Shown here in pieces: positions 39,756-50,151 of a stretch of DNA of 64,000 nucleotides. The stretch lies in assembly GCA_016196225.1 (NCBI GenBank), contig JACPXZ010000025.1:1102-65101 (forward strand). The letters are read 5' to 3'. The notes under the pieces are model-generated. The model ran no database searches, had not been told where the DNA came from, and was given only the letters and a program-made list of their open reading frames with translations. The translations under genes and the position numbers were made by a program. Source of the DNA: Candidatus Peregrinibacteria bacterium. Its GTDB lineage: Bacteria > Patescibacteriota > Gracilibacteria > Peribacterales > Peribacteraceae. Numbering within the stretch: the first letter of the stretch is position 1; each line of letters begins with the position of its first letter.

Positions 39756-41018
39756 TTATAATTTTTTGTCAATTTGATCAGAGCGGGGGATGATTGTTGT
39801 TGGATTCTCGATAAACTCGCCGTGCTCAATCTTGCCTAGTGCAACGATTTTTATATACGAAACTCGAAGGAGTCGTTGATCGGGAGGGAATGCATCATCG
39901 GGGATGCCTTCTGGTCGAAAGGGATCACGGGATAGTTGATCGGCCTCCGGGAGGAGAGCCCAATCGGGAATTTCATGGTACGAATCCAGTTCATTTAAAA
40001 CATAGTAGGGTCCCTGGATACGGCGAATTTCTTCGTCAACCAAATCGCCCCAAAATACTTTTTCTCCCAGATAGTTAAAGAGAGAAGCATTATGGAAGAT
40101 GTGAGGACCGTGGTGACAATTCCCCTCCAGTGGAAGGGAATCCTTTGTTGGCGGTTCTCCAATAGTGTCCTTAAAGTAGAAATTATCGGTGGGGAGGAGT
40201 CGCACGATGGGGGAATCGGGTGCCCCTACAGAAACCACCTTGGCAACTTCCTGCGAGAGGTCGCTGTGCCACTGCGCCCCGAATTCTTTTTGGAATGATA
40301 CCGCGATGATGTGGAGAGCATCCGATGGGGTAAGACATTCATATCCTTTCAATGTTACTTGTGTTTCGTGTGCCCATTGAATGATAGAAGCAGCAGGAAC
40401 ATTTTTCTCGAGGAGGGATATGAGACTCTGGAGGAGTTTTTTTCCTTCGATGGATTGATGGGGTTCTTGTTGTCCAAGCACAGCGACAACATCTGTAAGG
40501 ATTGAGAGGAGTGTTTGATGTGCCTCAATATTCTCTTCAGTTTGGCGTTCCTCGTCTGTGGGGGTTTTGTGGAGATACGTGGTGCGGAGGGAGAGGCCAA
40601 ACCGGTAGAGAACATTCATATGAGGCTGCTGGATATCGGCATCCTCCAAGATTTCCCGTCCAGCCAGTGCCTGAGGAGAGGCGCGTGCGTCCCGTGCCTG
40701 GATGGATAGCCTGCTCCAGTTTTTTGTGCAGTATTCATCGGCGAATGTACTGATACGCTGACAGAGCGCATCGAATTCTTCCGGGGAGAGGGGGACATCT
40801 TGTCCCCAATCGATATCGGGAAGTTGGGACAGAAGAGCGTCCGAAAAAGATCGGCGTGTCTGGAAAAGAGCCTGAAGGAGATTAGCGTCGGCTCTGTTGC
40901 TATATTCGCAGCCATCCGGTGTACTCTCAATCGTAAGGTATGTATTAAGCAATCTGTCGACATTGGTGATGATTTGTCGTGGAGTAACGGGGCCAGTGTG
41001 GTATTCAACATGCGGCAT
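39756..41018 (-). CDS. Hypothetical cytoplasmic protein
   Basis: About 420 aa ORF, no motif recognised. Confidence 0.6.
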   Translation of the reverse strand: MPHVEYHTGPVTPRQIITNVDRLLNTYLTIESTPDGCEYSNRADANLLQALFQTRRSFSDALLSQLPDIDWGQDVPLSPEEFDALCQRISTFADEYCTKNWSRLSIQARDARASPQALAGREILEDADIQQPHMNVLYRFGLSLRTTYLHKTPTDEERQTEENIEAHQTLLSILTDVVAVLGQQEPHQSIEGKKLLQSLISLLEKNVPAASIIQWAHETQVTLKGYECLTPSDALHIIAVSFQKEFGAQWHSDLSQEVAKVVSVGAPDSPIVRLLPTDNFYFKDTIGEPPTKDSLPLEGNCHHGPHIFHNASLFNYLGEKVFWGDLVDEEIRRIQGPYYVLNELDSYHEIPDWALLPEADQLSRDPFRPEGIPDDAFPPDQRLLRVSYIKIVALGKIEHGEFIENPTTIIPRSDQIDKKL

Positions 41019-41067
41019 ATCGTTTAAGCCGCGGCATACTAATACTGCACTCCAAGAATGCAACCCA

Positions 41068-42312
41068 TTAAGAGGGTTTTTTATCGGGTTTGCGATCGCT
41101 TCTTACGGGGATCAGTGCAAGTGATCCTAAGATGATAAAAACGGTTACTGCAAGGATAGCCCATCGGTAGCGGTCACTGCCTATCGGTTCGTAGTAGGTG
41201 ACCACAAATCCCCACACCATCGGTCCGACGAATGACGATGCCCGTTCTGCCAGTCCAAAATACGCAAAAGCCAGATTGTGTTTGCCATGCGGGGCAAGGT
41301 AAGACATCACCGAGCGCGATACCGTCCAGCTGGCCCCAAACCAAAATCCCATGAGGGTTGTGGCGATAACAAAGATCGGAAAACTGGTGATGAATGCGAG
41401 GATCGGAAGCAGGATAATCCAACCCGTCAGAAGAATAAAAAGTGTTCTCTTGTGGCCCGCGCGATCGGCAATGTAACCCGATATGGTTCCTCCGGCGGCG
41501 CACGTAAGGAGAATGACGAGGAGCAGATATGTTTTGATCGTATCCGGAATGTGCCAAACCCGTTCAAGAAAAATAGGAAAGTTGTCGGATACGGTAAGGA
41601 TGGCATCGTTGAATAGAAAATATGATGCAAAAAACAGAGTGAGCGTCGGCAGAGCGATTAATGCCCGTGTTGCCGTCCAAACATTTTTAATTTCTCTGTA
41701 CAACGAAAGACCCGTGTTTTTTTTCATGGGTTCTTGAAAACCGAACAACATGGGTAGTGCCAGGAGACAGAAAATAATCACGGATGGCAGTAATGTTTCG
41801 GCACGTGGATTTGCTCCAAAAAAATGCAAGGAGCCATTGGCAAAGGGGAGTGCGATCACCAATCCCACAAATTGTCCCAGATAATTTGCGGTGATCCCCA
41901 GTCCGGATACGAGTCCTCTCTGAGAGGGTTTTGAGATATCATTGATCAATGGCGTATAGAAGGTGAAGGAAAGGAGGTACGAGTAGAGTCCCACGGTAAA
42001 AAAGAGTAATGCACTCCATTTGTTTCCATTTACTGCTTGTAGCGCGCAGAGTCCGTAGAATAAAACAGTACTTGCTGTGGCATATCGTAGTCCTGTAATG
42101 CGTCGTAAACGTGTATCGAGGATGGCGCCACTCAGCGGTACGGTGAGGAGCAATAAAAATGCGCAGACGGTAAATGTCAGATTAAAGTAAAAGTCAGGTA
42201 CGTTGCTATCGACGACGATCCATTGTGCAAAATAAAGAAAAAATACAATATCAACGATTGAATTTGCGAAGTCGTAGAGGACCCAGAGGATCACGTTTTT
42301 TCTTGTTTGCAT
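41068..42312 (-). CDS. MFS transporter (UMF1/BtlA-like)
   Basis: WVLYDFANS, 12 TM, GYIADRAGHKR. Confidence 0.9.
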   Translation of the reverse strand: MQTRKNVILWVLYDFANSIVDIVFFLYFAQWIVVDSNVPDFYFNLTFTVCAFLLLLTVPLSGAILDTRLRRITGLRYATASTVLFYGLCALQAVNGNKWSALLFFTVGLYSYLLSFTFYTPLINDISKPSQRGLVSGLGITANYLGQFVGLVIALPFANGSLHFFGANPRAETLLPSVIIFCLLALPMLFGFQEPMKKNTGLSLYREIKNVWTATRALIALPTLTLFFASYFLFNDAILTVSDNFPIFLERVWHIPDTIKTYLLLVILLTCAAGGTISGYIADRAGHKRTLFILLTGWIILLPILAFITSFPIFVIATTLMGFWFGASWTVSRSVMSYLAPHGKHNLAFAYFGLAERASSFVGPMVWGFVVTYYEPIGSDRYRWAILAVTVFIILGSLALIPVRSDRKPDKKPS

Positions 42313-42383
42313 TAAGGATACTGTATCAGGTTCGTGCGAACTCGTAACAGGGGCGATATTTTCTGTTATAGTTTAAATACTTT

Positions 42384-42474
42384 GGAAGGGTGGCCGAGTG
42401 GTTGAAGGCGACAGTCTTGAAAACTGTTAGGCCCCCAAAGGGTCTCGTGGGTTCGAATCCCACCCCTTCCGCCA
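42384..42474 (+). tRNA. tRNA-Ser(TGA)
   Basis: GGAAGGG..CCCTTCC-GCCA; ACAGT-CTTGAAA-ACTGT; long variable arm. Confidence 0.95.
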
Positions 42475-42500
42475 TAGTTGAATTCGAGTCGAAGACGAGC

Positions 42501-42577
42501 GTGCTTCGACTGTGCTCAGCACAGGCTCCGCGCGAAGTCTGAGACCGAAGATCCTGTGTCCTGAGCGAGCCGAAGGG
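42501..42577. repeat. Family B-like inverted pair between tRNA-Ser and the tkt stop
   Basis: GTGCTTCGACTGTGCTCAGCACAG ... CTGTGTCCTGAGCGAGCCGAAGGG. Confidence 0.7.
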
Positions 42578-44875
42578 CTACACATCTGCGAGCTTCTTTT
42601 TAATGTCCTCACTTTTTGGGAATTTACCAGGGGGACAACTGCGGGAGGCGAAGATTTCGCGTAAATGTTCAAGGTATCCCTTTTGATGGAGAAGATGCTG
42701 AATGTATGGGAGGGCAGATTCGCGGAAACGCGAATGTTGCACATGATGAGCAAGTTCGTAGAGAGCAGAGACGAAGGCATCTTCGCCGCCGGAGACTTCC
42801 ACTGTGAGTTCATCTTTAACGGAATCGACAATGGACTCTGTATCGATTCCTGCCATGATCATGAGATCAGTTCCTTTTGCCGATGGGAAGTAATGGCAGA
42901 GTCCCAATCGCCGGAGAGAGCAGGGGAGGGCAAAATCGGCGATGATATCCGCGATTTGTGAGGAGAGTCCTCCTTCGATGTTGTGATCTTCGACGACAAT
43001 GAGATGGCGGGTCTCGAGTGCTGCTTTGATGATTGCAGATGCATCAATGGGACGGACTTGGGCAATATTCAAAACGCGAATCGATTTTTTAAAAGAATCT
43101 GCGGCGGCGACTGCCGCATGCACGGTGATTCCTGTTGCAATAATTGTTGCGCTGTCTTCGTTCGTTCCTTTCCCGCGAATTATGTCCGCTGTGCCATCGA
43201 AAACATAGTCTGTGTCATAAAAAGCGTTACCGGCAGCATTTTTTAATTGTTCATGGCCTGAGCGTCCCGTAAAGACATAGACGGATTCGCGGCCGTCGGA
43301 GATGAGCTCAAATGCTTTTTCGGCCATAGCTGCTGCTTGATTGCTATCGGCAGGGGACCAGATACGCGTGTGACGAAAAGGAATATTCAAGTAGTTTTGT
43401 TCCTGATGGGTTTCGCCGTCTTCGCCGACGTTCACGCCGCTATGGGTACAGTCATATATCACACCGCAGCGGGTGTGGCCGCAGTTGATGTCGATGAGGC
43501 GGGCATTGGCTCGGGCTTCGTTGGTGCCGAATGCGGCGAACGTATAGGTGACAGGGAGCAATCCGACTTGCCGCATCCCGGCGGCCATCATGAACATATT
43601 GGCCTCGGCGACACCAACGTTGAGTACGCTGTTAGGGAATTCTTTTTGAACTTTATCAAATCCTCCCGAGCCCGCGAGATCGGCATGGAGGACAAAAATA
43701 CGAGGATCACTTTTCATGAGATTTTTGATATGCACGGCACCAAAATCCTGCCGAGCGGCACCTTTTTCGAGGGTAACCGTTCTTTTGTATCCTTTGGGGA
43801 GACTCCAAGAGATGGCAAAATTTGTTTGTGTTGCTTGACCGGACTCGTATCGTGCTTTTTCCTTACTTCGATATGGTTCGTACTTCTTGATAATCTCATC
43901 AAGAGGAGGGAGATCCTTCAACGCACGTTCTGCGATCTCGGACTTGAGAGGAGTCCCGTGAAAATTCTCCTTACCGGTATTGGATCCTTCTTCCATCACC
44001 TTCACCCCATGCCCCATGGTGGTGTAGTAGCAGATAAACGTTGGACGAGAACCTCCTCTCCCAGAGGGGTGCGATTGAGGTGAGGGGGTCCGAGTTGCAC
44101 ATTTTAAAGCAGCGACTACTTGTCCCGGATCATTCCCATCCTGTACCTCAATCACTTGCCATCCGGTGGCCTTGGCAATCGCGGCAAAGTCCGCGGCAAC
44201 GGTGTGACTTGGCATATCGCTTAATTGAATGTCATTGAAGTCGCCGTGGACGACGAGATTATTGAGCTTTAAATGTGCTGCGAGACGAAATGCTTCCTGG
44301 ATTTGTCCCTCCTGACTGTCTCCATCGGCCATGAGGACGTCTACGAATCCCGGTTGCTTCAGATATTTGAGTCCCAGTGCAGCGCCGAGACCGTTACTTA
44401 CTCCTTTGCCTAGTGGGCCTGCCCCAAAGGGGATATCGCCGATACCGGCTTCGGCATGACCGGGAAGGCCTTGTGGAGTGCGAAAGGTATCGATGATCGC
44501 ATGAGGGGATTTGAGTCTGAGATCACTACCTTCGCGTCCAAAGAGCCACTGGAGACCATACGCGAGCAGAGAGAGATGCCCCGCGCTCATGCGCAGTGGC
44601 TGATCAACGTGCGGATCACGGATCTTGCTTAAAAAATATGCAAAAGTGAAAGACGAGAGCGGGCCACCGGGATGGCCAGAGCTGTGCCTAGTCGGAGCCT
44701 GGATCGCCAGATGACACATGATCTTGTGTGCGAGATCATATGCATCACGTTCTTCTTTTGTAAGTTTTAGAGCATCATTGGGGCCGATCCAAATAGATTC
44801 GATTGTTGAGGAGGATTCGAGGATACGGTGGAGAGAAGCTGGCGCATTTTTCAGCGTTTTGGGATCGGGACGCAT
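42578..44875 (-). CDS. tkt: Transketolase (single chain)
   Basis: SGHPGG, SAGH, GPLGKG, ADGDSQEG, VGVAEAN, GEDGETHQ, VEDH. Confidence 0.9.
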   Translation of the reverse strand: MRPDPKTLKNAPASLHRILESSSTIESIWIGPNDALKLTKEERDAYDLAHKIMCHLAIQAPTRHSSGHPGGPLSSFTFAYFLSKIRDPHVDQPLRMSAGHLSLLAYGLQWLFGREGSDLRLKSPHAIIDTFRTPQGLPGHAEAGIGDIPFGAGPLGKGVSNGLGAALGLKYLKQPGFVDVLMADGDSQEGQIQEAFRLAAHLKLNNLVVHGDFNDIQLSDMPSHTVAADFAAIAKATGWQVIEVQDGNDPGQVVAALKCATRTPSPQSHPSGRGGSRPTFICYYTTMGHGVKVMEEGSNTGKENFHGTPLKSEIAERALKDLPPLDEIIKKYEPYRSKEKARYESGQATQTNFAISWSLPKGYKRTVTLEKGAARQDFGAVHIKNLMKSDPRIFVLHADLAGSGGFDKVQKEFPNSVLNVGVAEANMFMMAAGMRQVGLLPVTYTFAAFGTNEARANARLIDINCGHTRCGVIYDCTHSGVNVGEDGETHQEQNYLNIPFRHTRIWSPADSNQAAAMAEKAFELISDGRESVYVFTGRSGHEQLKNAAGNAFYDTDYVFDGTADIIRGKGTNEDSATIIATGITVHAAVAAADSFKKSIRVLNIAQVRPIDASAIIKAALETRHLIVVEDHNIEGGLSSQIADIIADFALPCSLRRLGLCHYFPSAKGTDLMIMAGIDTESIVDSVKDELTVEVSGGEDAFVSALYELAHHVQHSRFRESALPYIQHLLHQKGYLEHLREIFASRSCPPGKFPKSEDIKKKLADV
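44052..44090 (+). repeat. Degenerate family A element inside tkt
   Basis: CCTCCTCTCCCAGAGGGGTGCGATTGAGGTGAGGGGGTC, read on the tkt strand as TPSPQSHPSGRGG. Confidence 0.75.
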
Positions 44876-44884
44876 GGCAGTAGT

Positions 44885-45769
44885 TTAGGAGAAAAACTCC
44901 TTGAATAACAACACAGGTTTTTTCTTTCGTTGCAGTAGTTCTTCCTGTGTTGTCCACACAAAGAACAGGAGAACCCAGAGGACTCCTTGGCTGGTGACGG
45001 AATTGGTCCATGTCCAAACATGGAGTATCCAAATCACGAGTAGTACCGCTCCCGCGCTCAGTCGCCATCGAGTGAGGAGCATGAGGGTACAAAGGAGTTG
45101 AAACCAGAATGAGGCGGTCCAGAGGAAGGTCCCCCATGTGGTTTCGCTGATCCCGAGGACAAATGCTTTCCATCCGGGGCTAAAGGACATCACATCGGCG
45201 GCCAAGTGTTCGCGTTGCCACAGGACATTGCTCAACCACGGATCTCCGGGGAGAAGACGATTATAGAGTTGAAGGAGAGCAAGACCGGTTAGGAGGAGGG
45301 TAAAACATGCCCAAATCTTCCGGTTCCACTGCCGGTTATCGTTTGGAGCAAGGAGATAAAAGAGGACAATCCAAAGAGAGATCCCGACAAATTCGTTAAA
45401 TCCCCGATGGTGCAAGACACCCATGAAGATCCCGAGTTGCATGAAGAGGAGAATTGCCGCAGCCGGTCGTCGCCAGAGATGAACGACGAGGAGAGCTCCG
45501 GGAATCATCTGAAAGAAAATCGTGAAAGCTTCGAGAGGTTTGGGGTGAGCTTGTCCCCAACGCATAAACTCGGCGTACCATGCGGGCGGCCATCCGTTAT
45601 CGAGCCAGAACTGGAAGTGTCCGGTCAGTGACTGATCACCGACAATAAAATAATTGAAGAACTTAAAGAGTCCGGAACCGACAAAGAAGAGTCCCACAAA
45701 AACCTGTGCAAGGCGGACCCAGCAGTCTTCCCGATGCCACCAATCATACATCCATGTCATCCATGTCAT
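44885..45769 (-). CDS. DoxX-like multi-pass membrane protein
   Basis: RLAQVFVGLFFVGSGLFKF; Trp-rich, about 8 TM; ATGA overlap with the upstream gene. Confidence 0.65.
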   Translation of the reverse strand: MTWMTWMYDWWHREDCWVRLAQVFVGLFFVGSGLFKFFNYFIVGDQSLTGHFQFWLDNGWPPAWYAEFMRWGQAHPKPLEAFTIFFQMIPGALLVVHLWRRPAAAILLFMQLGIFMGVLHHRGFNEFVGISLWIVLFYLLAPNDNRQWNRKIWACFTLLLTGLALLQLYNRLLPGDPWLSNVLWQREHLAADVMSFSPGWKAFVLGISETTWGTFLWTASFWFQLLCTLMLLTRWRLSAGAVLLVIWILHVWTWTNSVTSQGVLWVLLFFVWTTQEELLQRKKKPVLLFKEFFS

Positions 45770-46182
45770 ATCGGTCGATTGGGTTGAATAAACCAATTGA
45801 TTGGACCGATTGCTTCACAAACATTCCGTTTGTCCGCAAGGAATTTTTGACGGAGGTAAGGATAGATCGAAGCGACAATCCAGCCGTCCTTCCATACACG
45901 ACCACAATGACTCTGCGCCCAGGCGATGCAACTGGTTTCGTTATGCATGGGGGAATACCAGACGACGCGAGTGGTGGGTGCTTGCATGGTTTTTATGAGT
46001 ACGCCGGGAGTGGGATTCGTAATATCCGGGACCGGCAGCGAAGCGGTGTAAGCGGTGCACCATCCGTCGGTGTACATCCCGCCCCATTGGGTGAAGTTCT
46101 GAAAACCAAAAACATGGGGAACGATGATGGTGGTGACGATGATGAAAGAAATGATTGCAAAAAAATTCCTCCAGTCGTACAT
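45766..46182 (-). CDS. Exported Cys-containing protein
   Basis: N-terminal TM/signal; 4 Cys. Confidence 0.6.
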   Translation of the reverse strand: MYDWRNFFAIISFIIVTTIIVPHVFGFQNFTQWGGMYTDGWCTAYTASLPVPDITNPTPGVLIKTMQAPTTRVVWYSPMHNETSCIAWAQSHCGRVWKDGWIVASIYPYLRQKFLADKRNVCEAIGPINWFIQPNRPI

Positions 46183-46229
46183 GGGATACAGGATACAATG
46201 ATTTTTATTAAATTCGAATTGACCAATTA

Positions 46230-47978
46230 CTACTTCACATGGACCACTCCTGTTGCCCACGGACTTAAGTGATCGTGAAAGGTCCAATCACCGGGTTCGG
46301 TAAACGTGAACGAGAAGGTTTGGCTCCGTTGCAACGGGCGCTTGGCATCGAAGACGGGAAGGAGTTCGTGGGTTGGGTGCACATCCGAGGCCGGCCAAAA
46401 GAGTTCTTCCGTTTCATTAATCCAGGTCACGGTTTCGCCTGCACTGATAGTCACTTTGGTGGGATCGAAGGACTGTCCGGTGAGACGAATAAGGACAGTG
46501 CCGATGAGAGCACGAGAAGAGGTTTGGGCGGAAGCGGCCGAAGGTCCTGAGCCTGCCGAATGGGATGATGCGGGGGGAGGCATGGATGGTCCGAGGGAGG
46601 GGAGTTCCAGTGGTGGGGGGGGCGTGTTTGAAAAGAAACGCAGTGGCCACGAAATGATGGCGACGAGCTTGGATAGCACTCCCGGTTTTTGTGTGGCGGC
46701 CTCGATAGCCTTTGCCTTCGCATGAACAATTTGTTCGGATTCGTCGATCGCGGCACAGGTATCCTGGAATTCTTTTGGAATAAATTGTTCGCATAGTGAA
46801 CCTATCTCTGGTTGAGGCCGTCCATGGTAATGCCATTCATTGCTGATCTTTTGATAACATGCTCGCCGATAATCTTCTTCGATCATTGAACAGAAGTCAG
46901 TCGCATTCTGAAACTGATTGTAGTTCATGGCATTGCCGATGGCGGCCATGTAACAAACGGGGAGGGTGCTTAAGGGGAATGATTGGCAGATCTTCACTGC
47001 GGTATTCATCGAAAAGGGGCCTACAAACGCATCGTCGCTCCGCGCGTTCACGATCACGGTCTGCCAGCCGGGGTTTGTGACAAATTGGGCAAGGCTCAAG
47101 ATGCAGGATGGGAGGACGGACGGGTTCGCTTTAAGGCATTCTTTAGCGGCAGCGGTAATGTCGTTGCTGTGAACTTTCATAAGATTTGCCGCCTGACTCT
47201 CGTAGCATTGCCACTGATAGGTGAGGGGGATGCGACTGCAGGGGGCGAGGGGGTCATCGTCGAAAAACACACCCTCTCGTTCCAGACCCGACTGAACGGC
47301 ATTGATATTTTCCATAAAGACTCCCTGCCAACACCCCTGAGCGGCTTGTTCGTGGGAGAGTGTGTCGCAGAACCGGATCGATGCGAAGGGGTCGTTTTTC
47401 ATGGCCATCATGATGCCGTGACCAACCCCGTGATAGCAGTAAAATCGACTGCGCCAGCGGGGTTCAGTGGTGATCCCTTCGCAGATTTCCTCGGCGATAT
47501 CTTTTGGGGTCTTCTCCTCAGCGGTTCCAAGCGCTTGTTCAAAGTAGCCATGCTGACAGGCATAGAGGTAATCAACGGGACATTCTATAAATGCGTTTCC
47601 GTTAATGCTGTGTACTTTGGCATGGGTGCGTCCAATGATATGACCGAGTTCGTGACCGTCGGTATTCAGTCCAAAACGTGGACTTTCCATAAGAAGATCG
47701 TCGAGTGTTCGTATCCCGATAACGGGTCCTTCTTTCAGGGTTGCATGAATAATCAATGCCTGGACGCAGTCGTAACTTGGCGTGCAAAGCAGAGCAAAAC
47801 AATTGTTGCGTTCGATGGGTGTAGAGAGAGTTAAACAGCTCTGAATGGAGGCGGAAAGTGAGGGAAGAGTGACAGGAACCTTTCGAACAATATCGAGTTG
47901 GATATCGGGATGGTCCTCCCCAGCATGCGCCAAGAGGGTTACGGGGAGAAGTAGGGCGATGAGCAGTACTTGAGTCAC
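46230..47978 (-). CDS. Secreted Cys/His-repeat protein with C-terminal cupredoxin domain
   Basis: AHAGEDH after the signal; HELGH, CQHG, CYHGVGHG, CWQG; FDPTKVTISAGETVTW..FHDHL..GVVHV. Confidence 0.75.
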   Translation of the reverse strand: MTQVLLIALLLPVTLLAHAGEDHPDIQLDIVRKVPVTLPSLSASIQSCLTLSTPIERNNCFALLCTPSYDCVQALIIHATLKEGPVIGIRTLDDLLMESPRFGLNTDGHELGHIIGRTHAKVHSINGNAFIECPVDYLYACQHGYFEQALGTAEEKTPKDIAEEICEGITTEPRWRSRFYCYHGVGHGIMMAMKNDPFASIRFCDTLSHEQAAQGCWQGVFMENINAVQSGLEREGVFFDDDPLAPCSRIPLTYQWQCYESQAANLMKVHSNDITAAAKECLKANPSVLPSCILSLAQFVTNPGWQTVIVNARSDDAFVGPFSMNTAVKICQSFPLSTLPVCYMAAIGNAMNYNQFQNATDFCSMIEEDYRRACYQKISNEWHYHGRPQPEIGSLCEQFIPKEFQDTCAAIDESEQIVHAKAKAIEAATQKPGVLSKLVAIISWPLRFFSNTPPPPLELPSLGPSMPPPASSHSAGSGPSAASAQTSSRALIGTVLIRLTGQSFDPTKVTISAGETVTWINETEELFWPASDVHPTHELLPVFDAKRPLQRSQTFSFTFTEPGDWTFHDHLSPWATGVVHVK

Positions 47979-48097
47979 AGGAGCACAGTACTGAAGGGGT
48001 ATGGGGATTTGCAAGATTGATTATTTTATGGTTTGGCGGATGGTCTGATAGTGGGATTCTGTGTTTCTCTTTGCTATAATAGAATGGATACATACCT

Positions 48098-48739
48098 ATG
48101 AAGCTTTTTCTTGATACTGCCAACGTTGAGCATGTCGCCGAAGTGGCTGCGTGGGGCGTGCTCGATGGGGTGACGACTAATCCATCGCTGGTAGCGAAAG
48201 AAGGCCATGATTTCAAAGAGACCGTATTAAACATGTGTAAGCTCGTTCCGTGTGTCTCCGCGCAAGTTACGGCAACCGAAAGCGCAGGGATGAAAAAGCA
48301 GGCGGATGAATACTCGGGTTGGCACAAACATGTCGTGGTGAAGGTCCCGATGACGACGGAGGGATTAAAGACGCTCAAGTACTGTCGGAGTGCGGGGATT
48401 AAGACGAATACGACGCTCGTATTTTCTGCGGCTCAGGCAATTCTCGCAGCCAAAGCAGGGGCGAATATCATTTCTCCGTTTATCGGACGTCTCGATGATG
48501 TGGGAGAGGATGGGATGGGGCTTATCAAAGAGATTATGGAGATCTGGAGCCATTACCATTTTGATACCGAAGTGCTGGTTGCGTCCACCCGGCATCCGCG
48601 GCATATCGTCGATGCGGCTGCGCTGGGGGCACATATTTGTACGATTCCTTATGATGTTTTTACCAAACTTTCCAAACATCCATTAACGGATATCGGACTC
48701 AAGAAGTTTTTGGATGATTGGGAGAAGGTAAAGAAGTAA
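48098..48739 (+). CDS. tal: Transaldolase / fructose-6-phosphate aldolase
   Basis: FLDTAN, GVTTNPSL, VVKVP, SPFIGRLDD, HPLTDIGL. Confidence 0.93.
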   Translation: MKLFLDTANVEHVAEVAAWGVLDGVTTNPSLVAKEGHDFKETVLNMCKLVPCVSAQVTATESAGMKKQADEYSGWHKHVVVKVPMTTEGLKTLKYCRSAGIKTNTTLVFSAAQAILAAKAGANIISPFIGRLDDVGEDGMGLIKEIMEIWSHYHFDTEVLVASTRHPRHIVDAAALGAHICTIPYDVFTKLSKHPLTDIGLKKFLDDWEKVKK

Positions 48740-48741
48740 TT

Positions 48742-50151
48742 ATGGAACACTCGATCGGTGTCATCGGCTTGGGGGTTATGGGTTCTGCACTGGCCCGCAA
48801 TGCTGCACGCAACGGGGCATTTACCGTGGTGTATAACCGTACGACATCGAAGGTTGATGAATTTATGGAAAGCTGCGGCAAGGAGGGGACGATCGTTGGT
48901 CGAAAGAGTTACGAAGAGTTTGTTGCGGAACTCCCGACCCCGCGCGCGATCGTGATCATGGTTGAAGCAGGGTCTGCGGTCGATGCGGTGATGACCGATC
49001 TTCTCCCACTCCTCCAAAAAAGGGACATCCTTATCGATGGGGGGAATAGTCATTACCGTGACACGCAGCGTCGGGAAAAGGAATGTGCCGAGCACGGGGT
49101 CCGATATTTGGGGATGGGCGTGAGTGGGGGGGAGAAGGGGGCTCTTGAGGGACCGAGTATGATGCTCGGCGGAGATGCTGCCGCGTATAAAGAAATCGAA
49201 CCTCTATTACAAAAAATGGCTGCTGATGATGGTGTGAATGGGAAATGTGTGGCCTATCTTGGGACGGGCGGCGTCGGGCACTTTGTGAAGATGGCGCATA
49301 ACGGGATCGAGTACGCGCTTATGCAGATCATTGCGGAGGGATATGATTATCTGAAAATATTAGGGAAATTTACCAACGTACAACTTGCGGAGACATTCGA
49401 AGCCTGGAATGGAACGGAGGAAATGAAAGGGTTTTTGATCGAGATTACGGGAACGATTTTCCGCAAAAAAGATGACAGTGGGAAGTCCGACTTGATCGAT
49501 TTTATTGCCGATCGGGCAAAAACCAAGGGGACAGGACGATGGACGGTCGAAGCGGCGCTCTCATACGGAGTCCCTGCCCCAACTATCGCAGCGGGACTGC
49601 AGGCGCGGATACTTTCAGGTGGAGAATTACATGCGAGACTTCAAGGAAAACTCCCAGAGCATCTCGATACATCTGAGCCAGTGGCACCGCCTCTCAAAAC
49701 GAGGTCATATATGCGGTCCGCATGCGAACTCTCGATGATCCTCGCGTATCTGCAGGGATTCGAACTTTTGCGGGTGGCGAGTATCGAGGAAAAATGGAAT
49801 TTGAACTTGAGTGAAGTTGCACGGATCTGGCGGGGCGGGTGCATCATCCGGTCGGCGATGCTCGCAAAGTTTCAGGAGATGTTTGCGTCACGTGATCCAT
49901 GGACGAGTGCGGGGTGGCAGGTGCTCAAGTCCCGTTTTGAAGGGGAACGGCAATTTGATTGGCGGCACATTGTGGACCTGGCCACCAGCCGCGGAGTTCC
50001 GGCGCCCGCGATTACTTCCGCACTTGCATACTACGACGCGCTTCGCAAAGAACGTCTCCCGCAAAATCTGACGCAGGCGCAGCGGGATTTTTTCGGGGCA
50101 CACCTGTACGAACGCATGGATAAAAAAGGAGAGTTCCATACGGAGTGGTGA
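48742..50151 (+). CDS. gnd: 6-phosphogluconate dehydrogenase (NADP)
   Basis: GLGVMG, IDGGNS, VKMAHNGIEY, WRGGCIIRS, QAQRDFFGAH. Confidence 0.97.
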   Translation: MEHSIGVIGLGVMGSALARNAARNGAFTVVYNRTTSKVDEFMESCGKEGTIVGRKSYEEFVAELPTPRAIVIMVEAGSAVDAVMTDLLPLLQKRDILIDGGNSHYRDTQRREKECAEHGVRYLGMGVSGGEKGALEGPSMMLGGDAAAYKEIEPLLQKMAADDGVNGKCVAYLGTGGVGHFVKMAHNGIEYALMQIIAEGYDYLKILGKFTNVQLAETFEAWNGTEEMKGFLIEITGTIFRKKDDSGKSDLIDFIADRAKTKGTGRWTVEAALSYGVPAPTIAAGLQARILSGGELHARLQGKLPEHLDTSEPVAPPLKTRSYMRSACELSMILAYLQGFELLRVASIEEKWNLNLSEVARIWRGGCIIRSAMLAKFQEMFASRDPWTSAGWQVLKSRFEGERQFDWRHIVDLATSRGVPAPAITSALAYYDALRKERLPQNLTQAQRDFFGAHLYERMDKKGEFHTEW

